Shown here: positions 28,601-44,819 of the stretch, piece after piece | Layout of the letters: every line of letters begins with the position of its first letter | Position numbering within the stretch: position 1 is the first letter of the stretch | Source: the human T2T-CHM13v2.0 reference genome, Homo sapiens | Strand: one strand, 5' to 3' | Length of the DNA: 64,000 nucleotides | Assembly (NCBI RefSeq): GCF_009914755.1 | Contig: NC_060925.1 | The notes under the pieces: generated by a model | The model's input: only the letters and a program-made list of their open reading frames with translations | Told to the model about the DNA's origin: nothing | The model's database searches: none | Translations under genes and position numbers: made by a program

Positions 28601-31600
28601 TATTGAATGGAATTGTCATCAAATGGAATTCAAAGGAATCATCATCAAATGGAACCGAATGGAATCCTCATTGAATGGAAATGAAAGGGGTCATCATCTA
28701 ATGGAATCGCATGGAATCATCATCAAATGGAATCGAATGGAATCATCATCAAATGGAATCTAATGGAATCATTGAACAGAATTGAATGGAATCGTCATCG
28801 AATGAATTGAATGCAATCATCGAATGGTCTCGAATGGAATCATCTTCTAAAGGAAAGTAATGGAATCATCGCATAGAATCGAATGGAATTATCATCGAAT
28901 GGAATCGAATGGTATCAACACCAAACGGAAAAAAACGGAATTATCGAATGGAATCGAAGAGAATCTTCGAACGGACCCGAATGGAATCATCTAATGGAAT
29001 GGAATGGAATAATCCATGGACTCGAATGCAATCATCATCGAATGGAATGGAATGGAATCATCGAATCGACTCGAATGGAATAATCATTGAACGGAATCGA
29101 ATGGAATCATCATCGGATGGAAACGAATGGAATCATCATCGAATGGAAATGAAAGGAGTCATCATCTAATGGAATTGCATGGAATCATCATAAAATGGAT
29201 TCGAATGGAATCAACATCAAATGGAATCAAATGGAATCATTGAACGGAATTGAATGGAATCGTCATCGAATGAATTGAATGCAATCATCAAATGGTCTCG
29301 AATGGAATCATCTTCAAATGGAATGGAATGGAATCATCGCATAGAATCGAATGGAATTATCATCGAATGGAATCGAATGGAATCAACATCAAACGGAAAA
29401 AAACGGAATTATCGAATGGAATCGAAGAGAATCATCGAATGGACCCGAATGGAATCATCTAATGGAATGGAATGGAATAATCCATGGACTCAAATGCAAT
29501 CATCATCGAATGGAATCGAATGGAATGATCGAATGGACTCGAATGGAATCATCATTGAACGGAATCGAATGGAATCATCATCGGATGCAAATGAATGGAA
29601 TCATCATCGAATGGAATCGAATAGAATTATGGAATGAAATCCAGTGTGATCATCATCGAATGGACCCGAATGGAATCATCATCCAACGGAAGCTAATGGA
29701 ATCAACATCGAATGAATCGAATGGAAACACCATCGAATTGAAACGAATGGAATTATCATGAAATTGAAATGGATGGACTCATCATCGAATGGATTCGAAT
29801 GGAATCATCGAATAAAATTGATTGAAATCATCATCCAATGGAATCGAATGGTATCATTGAATGGAATCGAATGGAATCATCATCAGATGGAAATGAATGG
29901 AATCGTCATAGAATGGAATCGAATGGATTCATTGAATGGAATCAGATGGAATCATGGAATGGACTGGAATGGAATCATTGAATGGACTCGAAAGGGATCA
30001 TTATTGAATGGAATTGAATGGAATCATCGAATGGTCTCGATTGGAATCATTTTCAAATGGAATCGAATGGAATCACCGAATAGAATCGAATGGAACAATC
30101 ATCGAATGGACTCAAATGGAATTATCCTCAAATGGAATCGAATGGAATTATCGAATGCAATCGAATGGAATTATCGAATGCAATCGAATAGAATCATCGA
30201 ATGGACTCGAATGGAATCATCGAATGGAATGGAATGGAACAGTCAATGAACTCGAATGGAATCATCATTGAATGGAATCGAATGGAATCATCGAGTGGAA
30301 TCGAATGGAATTATGATCAAATGGAATCGAATGTAATCATCATCAAATGGAATCAAAAATAACCATCATCAATTGGTATTGAATGGAATTGTCATCAAAT
30401 GGAATTCAAAGGAATCATCATCAAATGGAACCGAATGGAATCCTCATTGAATGGAAATGAAAGGGGTCATCATCTAATGGAATCGCATGGAATCATCATC
30501 AAATGGAATCGAATGGAATCATCATCAAATGGAATCTAATGGAATCATTGAACAGAATTGAATGGAATCGTCATTGAATGAATTGAATGCAATCATCGAA
30601 TGGTCTCGAATGGAATCATCTTCTAATGGAAAGGAATGGAATCATCGCATAGAATCGAATGGAATTATCATCGAATGGAATCGAATGGTATCAACACCAA
30701 ACGGAAAAAAACGGAATTATCGAATGGAATCGAAGAGAATCTTCGAACGGACCCGAATGGAATCATCTAATGGAATGGAATGGAATAATCCATGGACTCG
30801 AATGCAATCATCATCGAATGGAATCAAATGGAATCATCGAATGGACTCGAATGGAATAATCATTGAACGGAATCGAATGGAATCATCATCGGATGGAAAC
30901 GAATGGAATCATCATCGAATGGAAATGAAAGGAGTCATCATCTAATGGAATTGCATGGAATCATCATAAAATGGAATCGAATGGAATCAACATCAAATGG
31001 AATCAAACGGAATCATTGAACGGAATTGAGTGGAATCGTCATCGAATGAATTGAATGCAATCATCGAATGGTCTCGAATGGAATCATCTTCAAATGGAAT
31101 GGAATGGAATCATCGCTTAGAATCGAATGGAATTATCATCGAATGGAATCGAATGGAATCAACATCAAACGGAAAAAAACGGAATTATCGAATGGAATCG
31201 AAGAGAATCATCGAATGGACCCGAATGGAATCATCTAATGGAATGGAATGGAATAATCCATGGACTCGAATGCAATCATCATCGAATGGAATCGAATGGA
31301 ATCATCGAATGGACTCGAATGGAATAATCATTGAACGGAATCGAATGGAATCATCATCGGATGGAAATGAATGGAATCATCATCGAAAGGAATCGAATAG
31401 AATTATGGAATGAAATCCAGTGTGATCATCATCGAATGGACCCGAATGGAATCATCATCCAACGGAAGCTAATGGAATCAACATCGAATGAATCGAATGG
31501 AAACACCATCGAATTGAAACGAATGGAATTATCATGAAATTGAAATGGATGGACTCATCATCGAATGGATTCGAATGGAATCATCGAATAAAATTGATTG

Positions 31601-34600
31601 AAATCATCATCGAATGGAATCGAATGGTATCATTGAATGGAATCGAATGGAATCATCATCATATGGAAATGAATGGAATCGTCATAGAATGGAATCGAAT
31701 GGATTCATTGAATGGAATCAGATGGAATCATCGAATGGACTGGAATGGAATCATTGAATGGACTTGAAAGGGATCATTATTGAATGGAATTGAATGGAAT
31801 CATCGAATGGTCTCGATTGGAATCATTATCAAATGGAATCGAATGGAATCACCGAATAGAATCGAATGGAACAATCATCGAATGGACTCAAATGGAATTA
31901 TCCTCCAATGGAATCGAATGGAATTATCGAATGCAATCGAATGGAATTATCGAATGCAATCGAATAGAATCATCGAATGGACTCGAATGGAATCATCGAA
32001 TGGAATGGAATGGAACAGTCAATGAACTCGAATGGAATCATCATTGAATGGAATCGAATGGAATCATCGAGTGGAATCGAATGGAATTATGATCAAATGG
32101 AATCGAATGTAATCATCATCAAATGGAATCAAAAATAACCATCATCAATTGGTATTGAATGGAATTGTCATCAAATGGAATTCAAAGGAATCATCATCAA
32201 ATGGAACCGAATGGAATCCTCATTGAATGGAAATGTAAGGGGTCATCATCTAATGGAATCACATGGAATCATCATCAAATGGAATCGAATGGAATCATCA
32301 TCAAATGGAATCTAATGGAATCATTGAACAGAATTGAATGGAATGGTCATCGAATGAATTGAATGCAATCATCGAATGGTCTCGAATGGAATCATCTTCT
32401 AATGGAAAGGAATGGAATCATCGCATAGAATCGAATGGAATTATCATCGAATGGAATCGAATGGTATCAACACCAAACGGAAAAAAACGGAATTATCGAA
32501 TGGAATCGAAGAGAATCTTCGAACGGACCCGAATGGAATCATCTAATGGAATGGAATGGAATAATCCATGGACTCGAATGCAATCATCATCGAATGGAAT
32601 CGAATGGAATCATCGAATGGACTCGAATGGAATAATCATTGAACGGAATCGATTGGAATCATCATCGGATGGAAACGAATGGAATCATCATCGAATGGAA
32701 ATGAAAGGAGTCATCATCTAATGGAATTGCATGGAATCATCATAAAATGGAATCGAATGGAATCAACATCAAATGGAATCAAATGGAATCATTGAACGGA
32801 ATTGAATGGAATCGTCATCGAATGAATTGACTGCAATCATCGAATGGTCTCGAATGGAATCATCTTCAAATGGAATGGAATGGAATCATCGCATAGAATC
32901 GAATGGAATTATCATCGAATGGAATCGAATGGAATCAACATCAAACGGAAAAAAACAGAATTATCGTATGGAATCGAAGAGAATCATCGAATGGACCCGA
33001 ATGGAATCATCTAATGGAATGGAATGGAATAATCCATGGACTCGAATGCAATCATCATCGAATGGAATCGAATGGAATCATCGAATGGACTCGAATGGAA
33101 TAATCATTGAACGGAATCGAATGGAATCATCATCGGATGGAAATGAATGGAATCATCATCGAATGGAATCGAATAGAATTATGGAATGAAATCCAGTGTG
33201 ATCATCATCGAATGGACCCGAATGGAATCATCATCCAACGGAAGCTAATGGAATCAACATCGAATGAATCGAATGGAAACACCATCGAATTGAAACGTAT
33301 GGAATTATCATGAAATTGAAATGGATGGACTCATCATCGAATGGATTCGAATGGAATCATCGAATAAAATTGATTGAAATCATCATCCAATGGAATCGAA
33401 TGGTATCATTGAATGGAATCGAATGGAATCATCATCAGATGGAAATGAATGGAATCGTCATAAAATGGAATCGAATGGATTCATTGAATGGAATCAGATG
33501 GAATCATCGAATGGACTGGAATGGAATCATTGAATGGACTCGAAAGGGATCATTATTGAATGGAATTGAATGGAATCATCCAATGGTCTCGATTGGAATC
33601 ATTATCAAATGGAATCGAATGGAATCACCGAATAGAATCGAATGGAACAATCATCGAATGGACTCAAATGGAATTATCCTCCAATGGAATCGAATGGAAT
33701 TATCGAATGCAATCGAATGGAATTATCGAATGCAATCGAATAGAATCATCGAATGGACTCGAATGGAATCATCGAATGGAATGGAATGGAACAGTCAATG
33801 AACTCGAATGGAATCATCATTGAATGGAATCGAATGGAATCATCGAGTGGAATCGAATGGAATTATGATCAAATGGAATCGAATGTAATCATCATCAAAT
33901 GGAATCAAAAATAACCATCATCAATTGGTATTGAATGGAATTGTCGTCAAATGGAATTCAAAGGAATCATCATCAAATGGAACCGAATGGAATCCTCATT
34001 GAATGGAAATGAAAGGGGTCATCATCTAATGGAATCGCATGGAATCATCATCAAATGGAATCGAATGGAATCATCATCAAATGGAATCTAATGGAATCAT
34101 TGAACAGAATTGAATGGAATCGTCATCGAATGAATTGAATGCAATCATCGAATGGTCTCGAATGCAATCATCTTCTAATGGAAAGGAATGGAATCATCGA
34201 ATAGAATCGAATGGAATTATCATCGAATGGAATCGAATGGTATCAACACCAAACGGAAAAAAACGGAATTATCGAATGGAATCGAAGAGAATCATCGAAC
34301 GGACCCGAATGGAATCATCTAATGGAATGGAATGGAATAATCCATGGACTCGAATGCAATCATCATCGAATGGAATCGAATGGAATCATCGAATGGACTC
34401 GAATGGAATAATCATTGAACGGAATCGATTGGAATCATCATCAGATGGAAACGAATGGAATCATCATCGAATGGAAATGAAAGGAGTCATCATCTAATGG
34501 AATTGCATGGAATCATCATAAAATGGAATCGAATGGAATCAACATCAAATGGAATCAAATGGAATCATTGAACGGAATTGAATGGAATCGTCATCGAATG

Positions 34601-37600
34601 AATTGACTGCAATCATCGAATGGTCTCGAATGGAATCATCTTCAAATGGAATGGAATGGAATCATCGCATAGAATCGAATGGAATTATCATCAAATGGAA
34701 TCGAATGGAATCAACATCAAACGGAAAAAAACAGAATTATCGTATGGAATCGAATAGAATCATCGAATGGACCTGAATGGAATCATCTAATGGAATGGAA
34801 TGGAATAATCCATGGACTCGAATGCAATCATCATCGAATGGAATCGAATGGAATCATCGAATGGACTCGAATGGAATAATCATTGAACGGAATCGAATGG
34901 AATCATCATCGGATGGAAATGAATGGAATCATCATCGAGTGGAATCGAATAGAATTATGGAATGAAATCCAGTGTGATCATCATCGAATGGACCCGAATG
35001 GAATCATCATCCAACGGAAGCTAATGGAATCAACATCGAATGAATCGAATGGAAACACCATCGAATTGAAACGAATGGAATTATCATGAAATTGAAATGG
35101 ATGGACTCATCATCGAATGGATTCGAATGGAATCATCGAATAAAATTGATTGAAATCATCATCCAATGGAATCGAATGGTATCATTGAATGGAATCGAAT
35201 GGAATCATCATCAGATGGAAATGAATGGAATCGTCATAAAATGGAATCGAATGGATTCATTGAATGGAATCAGATGGAATCATGGAATGGACTGGAATGG
35301 AATCATTGAATGGACTCGAAAGGGATCATTATTGAATGGAATTGAATGGAATCATCGAATGGTCTCGATTGGAATCATTACCAAATGGAATCGAATGGAA
35401 TCACCGAACAGAATCGAATGGAACAATCATCGAATGGACTCAAATGGAATTATCCTCCAATGGAATCGAATGGAATTATCGAATGCAATCGAATGGAATT
35501 ATCGAATGCAATCGAATAGAATCATCGAATGGACTCGAATGGAATCATCGAATGGAATGGAATGGAACAGTCAATGAACTCGAATGGAATCATCATTGAA
35601 TGGAATCGAATGGAATCATCGAGTGGAATCGAATGGAATTATGATCAAATGGAATCGAATGTAATCATCATCAAATGGAATCAAAAATAACCATCATCAA
35701 TTGGTATTGAATGGAATTGTCATCAAATGGAATTCAAAGGAATCATCATCAAATGGAACCGAATGGAATCCTCATTGAATGGAAATGAAAGGGGTCATCA
35801 TCTAATGGAATCGCATGGAATCATCATCAAATGGAATCGAATGGAATCATCATCAAATGGAATCTAATGGAATCATTGAACAGAATTGAATGGAATCGTC
35901 ATCGAATGAATTGAATGCAATCATCGAATGGTCTCGAATGGAATCATCTTCTAATGGAAAGGAATGGAATCATCGCATAGAATCGAATGGAATTATCATC
36001 GAATGGAATCGAATGGTATCAACACCAAACGGAAAAAAACGGAATTATCGAATGGAATCGAAGAGAATCTTCGAACGGACCCGAATGGAATCATCTAATG
36101 GAATGGAATGGAATAATCCATGGACTCGAATGCAATCATCATCGAATGGAATCGAATGGAATCATCGAATGGACTCGAATGGAATAATCATTGAACGGAA
36201 TCGAATGGAATCATCATCGGATGGAAACGAATGGAATCATCATAGAATGGAAATGAAAGGAGTCATCATCTAATGGAATTGCATGGAATCATCATAAAAT
36301 GGAATCGAATGGAATCAACATCAAATGGAATCAAATGGAATCATTGAACGGAATTGAATGGAATCGTCATCGAATGAATTGACTGCAATCATCGAATGGT
36401 CTCGAATGGAATCATCTTCAAATGGAATGGAATGGAATCATCGCATAGAATCGAATGGAATTATCATCGAATGGAATCGAATGGAATCAACATCAAACGG
36501 AAAAAAACGGAATTATCGAATGGAATCGAAGAGAATCATCGAATGGACCCGAATGGAATCATCTAATGGAATGGAATGGAATAATCCATGCACTCGAATG
36601 CAATCATCATCGAATGGAATCGAATGGAATCATCGAATGGACTCGAATGGAATAATCATTGAACGGAATAGAATGGAATCATCATCGGATGGAAATGAAT
36701 GGAATCATCATCGAATGGAATCGAATAGAATTATGGAATGAAATCCAGTGTGATCATCATCGAATGGACCCGAATGGAATCATCATCCAACGGAAGCTAA
36801 TGGAATCAACATCGAATGAATCGAATGGAAACACCATCGAATTGAAACGAATGGAATTATCATGAAATTGAAATGGATGGACTCATCATCGAATGGATTC
36901 GAATGGAATCATCGAATAAAATTGATTGAAATCATCATCGAATGGAATCGAATGGTATCATTGAATGGAATCGAATGGAATCATCATCAGATGGAAATGA
37001 ATGGAATCGTCATAGAATGGAATCGAATGGATTCATTGAATGGAATCAGATGGAATCATCGAATGGACTGGAATGGAATCATTGAATGGACTCGAAAGGG
37101 ATCATTATTGAATGGAATTGAATGGAATCATCGAATGGTCTCGATTGGAATCATTATCAAATGGAATCGAATGGAATCACCGAATAGAATCGAATGGAAC
37201 AATCATCGAATGGACTCAAATGGAATTATCCTCCAATGGAATCGAATGGAATTATCGAATGCAATCGAATGGAATTATCGAATGCAATCGAATAGAATCA
37301 TCGAATGGACTCGAATGGAATCATCGAATGGAATGGAATGGAACAGTCAATGAACTCGAATGGAATCATCATTGAATGGAATCGAATGGAATCATCGAGT
37401 GGAATCGAATGGAATTATGATCAAATGGAATCGAATGTTATCATCATCAAATGGAATCAAAAATAACCATCATCAATTGGTATTGAATGGAATTGTCATC
37501 AAATGGAATTCAAAGGAATCATCATCAAATGGAACCGAATGGAATCCTCATTGAATGGAAATGAAAGGGGTCATCATCTAATGGAATCGCATGGAATCAT

Positions 37601-40600
37601 CATCAAATGGAATCGAATGGAATCATCATCAAATGGAATCTAATGGAATCATTGAACAGAATTGAATGGAATGGTCATCGAATGAATTGAATGCAATCAT
37701 CGAATGGTCTCGAATGGAATCATCTTCAAATGGAATGGAATGGAATCATCGCATAGAATCGAATGGAATTATCATCGAATGGAATCGAATGGAATCAACA
37801 TCAAACGGAAAAAAACGGAATTATCGAATGGAATCGAAGAGAATCATCGAATGGACCCGAATGGAATCATCTAATGGAATGGAATGGAATAATCCATGGA
37901 CTGGAAGGTAATCATCATTGAACGGAATCGAAAGGAATCATCATCGGATGGAAACGAATGGAATCATCATCGAATGGAAATGAAAGGAGTCATCATCTAA
38001 TGGAATTGCATGGAATCATCATAAAATGGAATCGAATGGAATCAACATCAAATGGAATCAAATGGAATCATTGAACGGAATTGAATGGAATCGTCATCGA
38101 ATGAATTGAATGCAATCATCGAATGGTCTCGAATGGAATCATCTTCAAATGGAATGGAAAGGAATCATCGCATAGAATCGAATGGAATTATCATCGAATG
38201 GAATCGAATGGAATCAACATCAAACGGAAAAAAACGGAATTATCGAATGGAATCGAATAGAATCATCGAATGGACCCGAATGGAATCCTCTAATGGAATG
38301 GAATGGAATAATCCGTGGACTCGAATGCAATCATCATCGAATGTAATCGAATGGAATCATCCAATGGACTCGAATGGAATAATCATTGAACGGAATCGAA
38401 TGGAATCATCATCGGATGGAAATGAATGGAATCATCATCGAATGGAATCGAATAGAATTATGGAATGAAATCCAGTGTGATCATCATCGAATGGACCCGA
38501 ATGGAATCATCATCCAACGGATGCTAATGGAATCAACATCGAATGAATCAAATGGAAACACCATCGAATTGAAACGAATGGAATTACCATGAAATTGAAA
38601 TGGATGGACTCATCATCGAATGGATTCGAATGGAATCATCAAATAAAATTGATTGAAATCATCATCGAATGGAATCGAATGGTATCATTGAATGGAATCG
38701 AATGCAATCATCATCAGATGGAAATGAATGGAATCGTCATAGAATGGAATCGAATGGATTCATTGAATGGAATCAGATGGAATCATCGAATGGACTGGAA
38801 TGGAATCATTGAATGGACACGAAAGAGATCATGATTGAATGGAATTGAATGGAATCATCGAATGGTCTCGATTGGAATCATTATCAAATGGAATCGAATG
38901 GAATCACCGAATAGAATCGAATGGAACAATCATCGAATGGACTCAAATGGAATTATCCTCAAATGGAATGGAATGGAATTATCGAATGCAATCGAATGGA
39001 ATTATCGAATGCAATCGAATAGAATCATTGAATGGACTCGAATGGAATAATCATTGAACGGAATCGAATGGAATCATCATCGGATGGAAACGAATGGAAT
39101 CATCATCGAATGGAAATGAAAGGAGTCATCATCTAATGGAATTGCATGGAATCATCATAAAATGGAATCGAATGGAATCAACATCAAATGGAATCAAATG
39201 GAATCATTGAACGGAATTGAATGGAATCGTCATCGAATGAATTGAATGCAATCATCGAATGGTCTCGAATGGAATCATCTTCAAATGGAATGGAATGGAA
39301 TCATCGCATAGAATCGAATGGAATTATCATCGAATGGAATCGAATGGAATCAACATCAAACGGAAAAAAACGGAATTATCGAATGGAATCGAAGAGAATC
39401 ATCGAATGGACCCGAATGGAATCATCTAATGGAATGGAATGGAATAATCCATGGACTGGAAGGCAATCATCATTGAACGGAATCGAAAGGAATCATCATC
39501 GGATGGAAACGAATGGAATCATCATCGAATGGAAATGAAAGGAGTCATCATCTAATGGAATTGCATGGAATCATCATAAAATGGAATCGAATGGAATCAT
39601 CGAATGGACCCGAATGGAATAATCATTCAATGGAATCGAATGGAATCATCATCGGATGGAAATGCAAGGAGTCATCATCTAATGGAATTGCATGGAATCA
39701 TCATAAAATGGAATCGAATGGAATCAACATCAAATGGAATCAAATGGAATCATTGAACGGAATTGAATGGAATCGTCATCGAATGAATTGAATGCAATCA
39801 TCGAATGGTCTCGAATGGAATCATCTTCAAATGGAATGGAATGGAATCATCGCATAGAATCGAATGGAATTATCATCGAATGGAATCGAATGGAATCAAC
39901 ATCAAACGAAAAAAAACGGAATTATCGAATGGGATCGAAGAGAATCATCGAATGGACCCGAATGGAATCATCTAATGAAATGGAATGGAATAATCCATGG
40001 ACTCGAATGCAATCATCATCGAATGGAATCGAATGGAATCATCCAATGGACTCGAATGGAACAATCATTGAACGGAATCGAATGGAATCATCATCGGATG
40101 GAAATGAATGGAATCATCATCGAATGGAATCGAATAGAATTATGGAATGAAATCCAGTGTGATCATCATCGAATGGACCCGAATGGAATCATCATCCAAC
40201 GGAAGCTAATGGAATCAACATCGAATGAATCAAATGGAAACACCATCGAATTGAAACGAATGGAATTATCATGAAATTGAAATGGATGGACTCATCATCG
40301 AATGGATTCGAATGGAATCATCGAATAAAATTGATTGAAATCATCATCGAATGGAATCGAATGGTATCATTGAATGGAATCGAATGGAATCATCATCAGA
40401 TGGAAATGAATGGAATCGTCATAGAATGGAATCGAATGGATTCATTGAATGGAATCAGATGGAATCATCGAATGGACTGGAATGGAATCATTGAATGGAC
40501 TCGAAAGGGATTATTATTGAATGGCATTGAATGGAATCATCGAATGGTCTCGATTGGAATCATTTTCAAATGGAATCGAATGGAATCACCGAATAGAATC

Positions 40601-43600
40601 GAATGGAACAATCATCGAATGGACTCAAATGGAATTATCCTCAAATGGAATCGAATGGAATTATCGAATGCAATCGAATGGAATTATCGAATGCAATCGA
40701 ATAGAATCATCGAATGGACTCGAATGGAATCATCGAATGGAATGGAATGGAACAGTCAATGAACTCGAATGGAATCATCATTGAATGGAATCGAATGGAA
40801 TCATCGAGTGGAATCGAATGGAATTATGATCAAATGGAATCGAATGTAATCATCATCAAATGGAATCAAAAATAACCATCATCAATTGGTATTGAATGGA
40901 ATTGTCATCAAATGGAATTCAAAGGAATCATCATCAAATGGAACCGAATGGAATCCTCATTGAATGGAAATGAAAGGGGTCATCATCTAATGGAATCGCA
41001 TGGAATCATCATCAAATGGAATCGAATGGAATCATCATCAAATGGAATCTAATGGAATCATTGAACAGAATTGAATGGAATCGTCATCGAATGAATTGAA
41101 TGCAATCATCGAATGGTCTCGAATGGAATCATCTTCTAATGGAAAGGAATGGAATCATCGCATAGAATCGAATGGAATTATCATCGAATGGAATCGAATG
41201 GTATCAACACCAAACGGAAAAAAACGGAATTATCGAATGGAATCGAAGAGAATCTTCGAACGGACCCGAATGGAATCATCTAATGGAATGGAATGGAATA
41301 ATCCATGGACTCGAATGCAATCATCATCGAATGGAATGGAATGGAATCATCGAATGGACTCGAATGGAATAATCATTGAACGGAATCGAATGGAATCATC
41401 ATCGGATGGAAACGAATGGAATCATCATCGAATGGAAATGAAAGGAGTCATCATCTAATGGAATTGCATGGAATCATCATAAAATGGAATCGAATGGAAT
41501 CAACATCAAATGGAATCAAATGGAATCATTGAACGGAATTGAATGGAATCGTCATAGAATGAATTGAATGCAATCATCGAAAGGTCTCGAATGGAATCAT
41601 CTTCAAATGGAATGGAATGGAATCATCGCATAGAATCGAATGGAATTATCATCGAATGGAATCGAATGGAATCAACATCAATCGGAAAAAAACGGAATTA
41701 TCGAATGGAATCGAAGAGAATCATCGAATGGACCCGAATGGAATCATCTAATGGTATGGAATGGAATAATCCATGGACTCGATTGCAATCATCATCAAAT
41801 GGAATCGAATGGAATCATCGAATGGATTCGAATGGAATAATCATTGAACGGAATCGAATGGAATCATCATCGGATGGTAATGAATGGAATCATCATCGAA
41901 TGGAATCGAATAGAATTATGGAATGAAATCCAGTGTGATCATCATCGAATGGACCCGAATGGAATCATCATCCAACGGAAGCTAATGGAATCAACATCGA
42001 ATGAATCAAATGGAAACACCATCGAATTGAAACGAATGGAATTACCATGAAATTGAAATGGATGGACTCATCATCGAATGGATTCGAATGGAATCATCGA
42101 ATAAAATTGATTGAAATCATCATCGAATGGAATCGAATGGTATCATTGAATGGAATCGAATGGAATCATCATCAGATGGAAATGAATGGAATCGTCATAG
42201 AATGGAATCGAATGGATTCATTGAATGGAATCAGAACGAATCATCGAATGGACTGGAATGGAATCATTGAATGGACTCGAAAGGGTCATGATTGAATGGA
42301 ATTGAATGGAATCATCGAATGGTCTCGATTGGAATCATTATCAAATGGAATCGAATGGAATCACCGAATAGAATCGAATGGAACAATCATCGAATGGACT
42401 CAAATGGAATTATCCTCAAATGGAATCGAATGGAATTATCGAATGCAATCGAATAGAATCATCGAAAGGACTCGAATGGAATCATCGAATGGAATGGAAT
42501 GGAACAGTCAATGAACTCGAATGGAATCATCATTGAATGGAATCGAATGGAATCATCGAGTGGAATCGAATGGAATTATGATCAAATGGAATCGAATGTA
42601 ATCCTCATCAAATGGAATCAAAAATAACCATCATCAATTGGTATTGAATGGAATTGTCATCAAATGGAATTCAAAGGAATCATCATCAAATGGAACCGAA
42701 TGGAATCCTCATTGAATGGAAATGAAAGGGGTCATCATCTAATGGAATCGCATGGAATCATCATCAAATGGAATCGAATGGAATCATCATCAAATGGAAT
42801 CTAATGGAATCATTGAACAGAATTGAATGGAATCGTCATGGAATGAATTGAATGCAATCATCGAATGGTCTCGAATGGAATCATCTTCTAATGGAAAGGA
42901 ATGGAATCATCGCATAGAATCGAATGGAATTATCATCGAATGGAATCGAATGGTATCAACAGCAAACGGAAAAAAACGGAGTTATCGAATGGAATCGAAG
43001 AGAATCTTCGAACGGACCCGAATGGAATCATCTAATGGAATGGAATGGAATAATCCATGGACTCGAATGCAATCATCATCGAATGGAATCGAATGGAATC
43101 ATCGAATGGACTCGAATGGAATAATCATTGAACGGAATCGAATGGAATCATCATCGGATGGAAACGAATGGAATCATCATCGAATGGAAATGAAAGGAGT
43201 CATCATCTAATGGAATTGCATGGAATCATCATAAAATGGAATCGAATGGAATCAACATCAAATGGAATCAAATGGAATCATTGAACGGAATTGAATGGAA
43301 TCGTCATCGAATGAATTGAATGCAATCATCGAATGGTCTCGAATGGAATCATCTTCAAATGGAATGGAATGGAATCATCGCATAGAATCGAATGGAATTA
43401 TCATCGAATGGAATCGAATGGAATCAACATCAAACGGAAAAAAACGGAATTATCGAATGGAATCGAAGAGAATCATCGAATGGACCCGAATGGAATCATC
43501 TAATGGAATGGAATGGAATAATCCATGGACTCGAATGCAATCATCATCGAATGGAATCGAATGGAATCATCGAATGGACTCGAATGGAATAATCATTGAA

Positions 43601-44819
43601 CGGAATCGAATGGAATCATCATCGGATGGAAATGAATGGAATCATGATCGAATGGAATCGAATAGAATTATGGAATGAAATCCAGTGTGATCATCATCGA
43701 ATGGACCCGAATGGAATCATCATCCAACGGAAGCTAATGGAATCAACATCGAATGAATCGAATGGAAACACCATCGAATTGAAACGAATGGAATTATCAT
43801 GAAATTGAAATGGATGGACTCATCATCGAATGGATTCGAATGGAATCATTGAATAAAATTGATTGAAATCATCATCGAATGGAATCGAATGGTATCATTG
43901 AATGGAATCGAATGGAATCATCATCAGATGGAAATGAATGGAATCGTCATAGAATGGAATCGAATGGATTCATTGAATGGAATCAGATGGAATCATCGAA
44001 TGGACTGGAATGGAATCATTGAATGGACTCGAAAGGGATCATGATTGAATGGAATTGAATGGAATCATCGAATGGTCTCGATTGGAATCATTATCAAATG
44101 GAATCGAATGGAATCACCGAATAGAATCGAATGGAACAATCATCGAATGGACTCAAATGGAATTATCCTCAAATGGAATCGAATGGAATTATCGAATGCA
44201 ATCGAATGGAATTATCGAATGCAATCGAATAGAATCATCGAAAGGACTCGAATGGAATCATCGAATGGAATGGAATGGAACAGTCAATGAACTCGAATGG
44301 AATCATCATTGAATGGAATCGAATGGAATCATCGAGTGGAATCGAATGGAATTATGATCAAATGGAATCGAATGTAATCATCATCAAATGGAATCAAAAA
44401 TAACCATCATCAATTGGTATTGAATGGAATTGTCATCAAATGGAATTCAAAGGAATCATCATCAAATGGAACCGAATGGAATCCTCATTGAATGGAAATG
44501 AAAGGGGTCATCATCTAATGGAATCGCATGGAATCATCATCAAATGGAATCGAATGGAATCATCATCAAATGGAATCTAATGGAATCATTGAACAGAATT
44601 GAATGGAATCGTCATCGAATGAATTGAATGCAATCATCGAATGGTCTCGAATGGAATCATCTTCTAATGGAAAGGAATGGAATCATCGCATAGAATCGAA
44701 TGGAATTATCATCGAATGGAATCGAATGGTATCAACACCAAACGGAAAAAAACGGAATTATCGAATGGAATCGAAGAGAATCTTCGAACGGACCCGAATG
44801 GAATCATCTAATGGAATGG
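25672..44819 (+). repeat. Super-repeat copy 2 (19,148 bp)
   Basis: EcoRI spacing series: 3331, 1776, 1776, 1776, 1776, 1776, 3409, 1752, 1776. It carries the same private variants as copy 1 but lacks one 468-bp block. Identity to the continuation breaks by ~44847 (GAATGCCATCATAATC). Confidence 0.93.
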
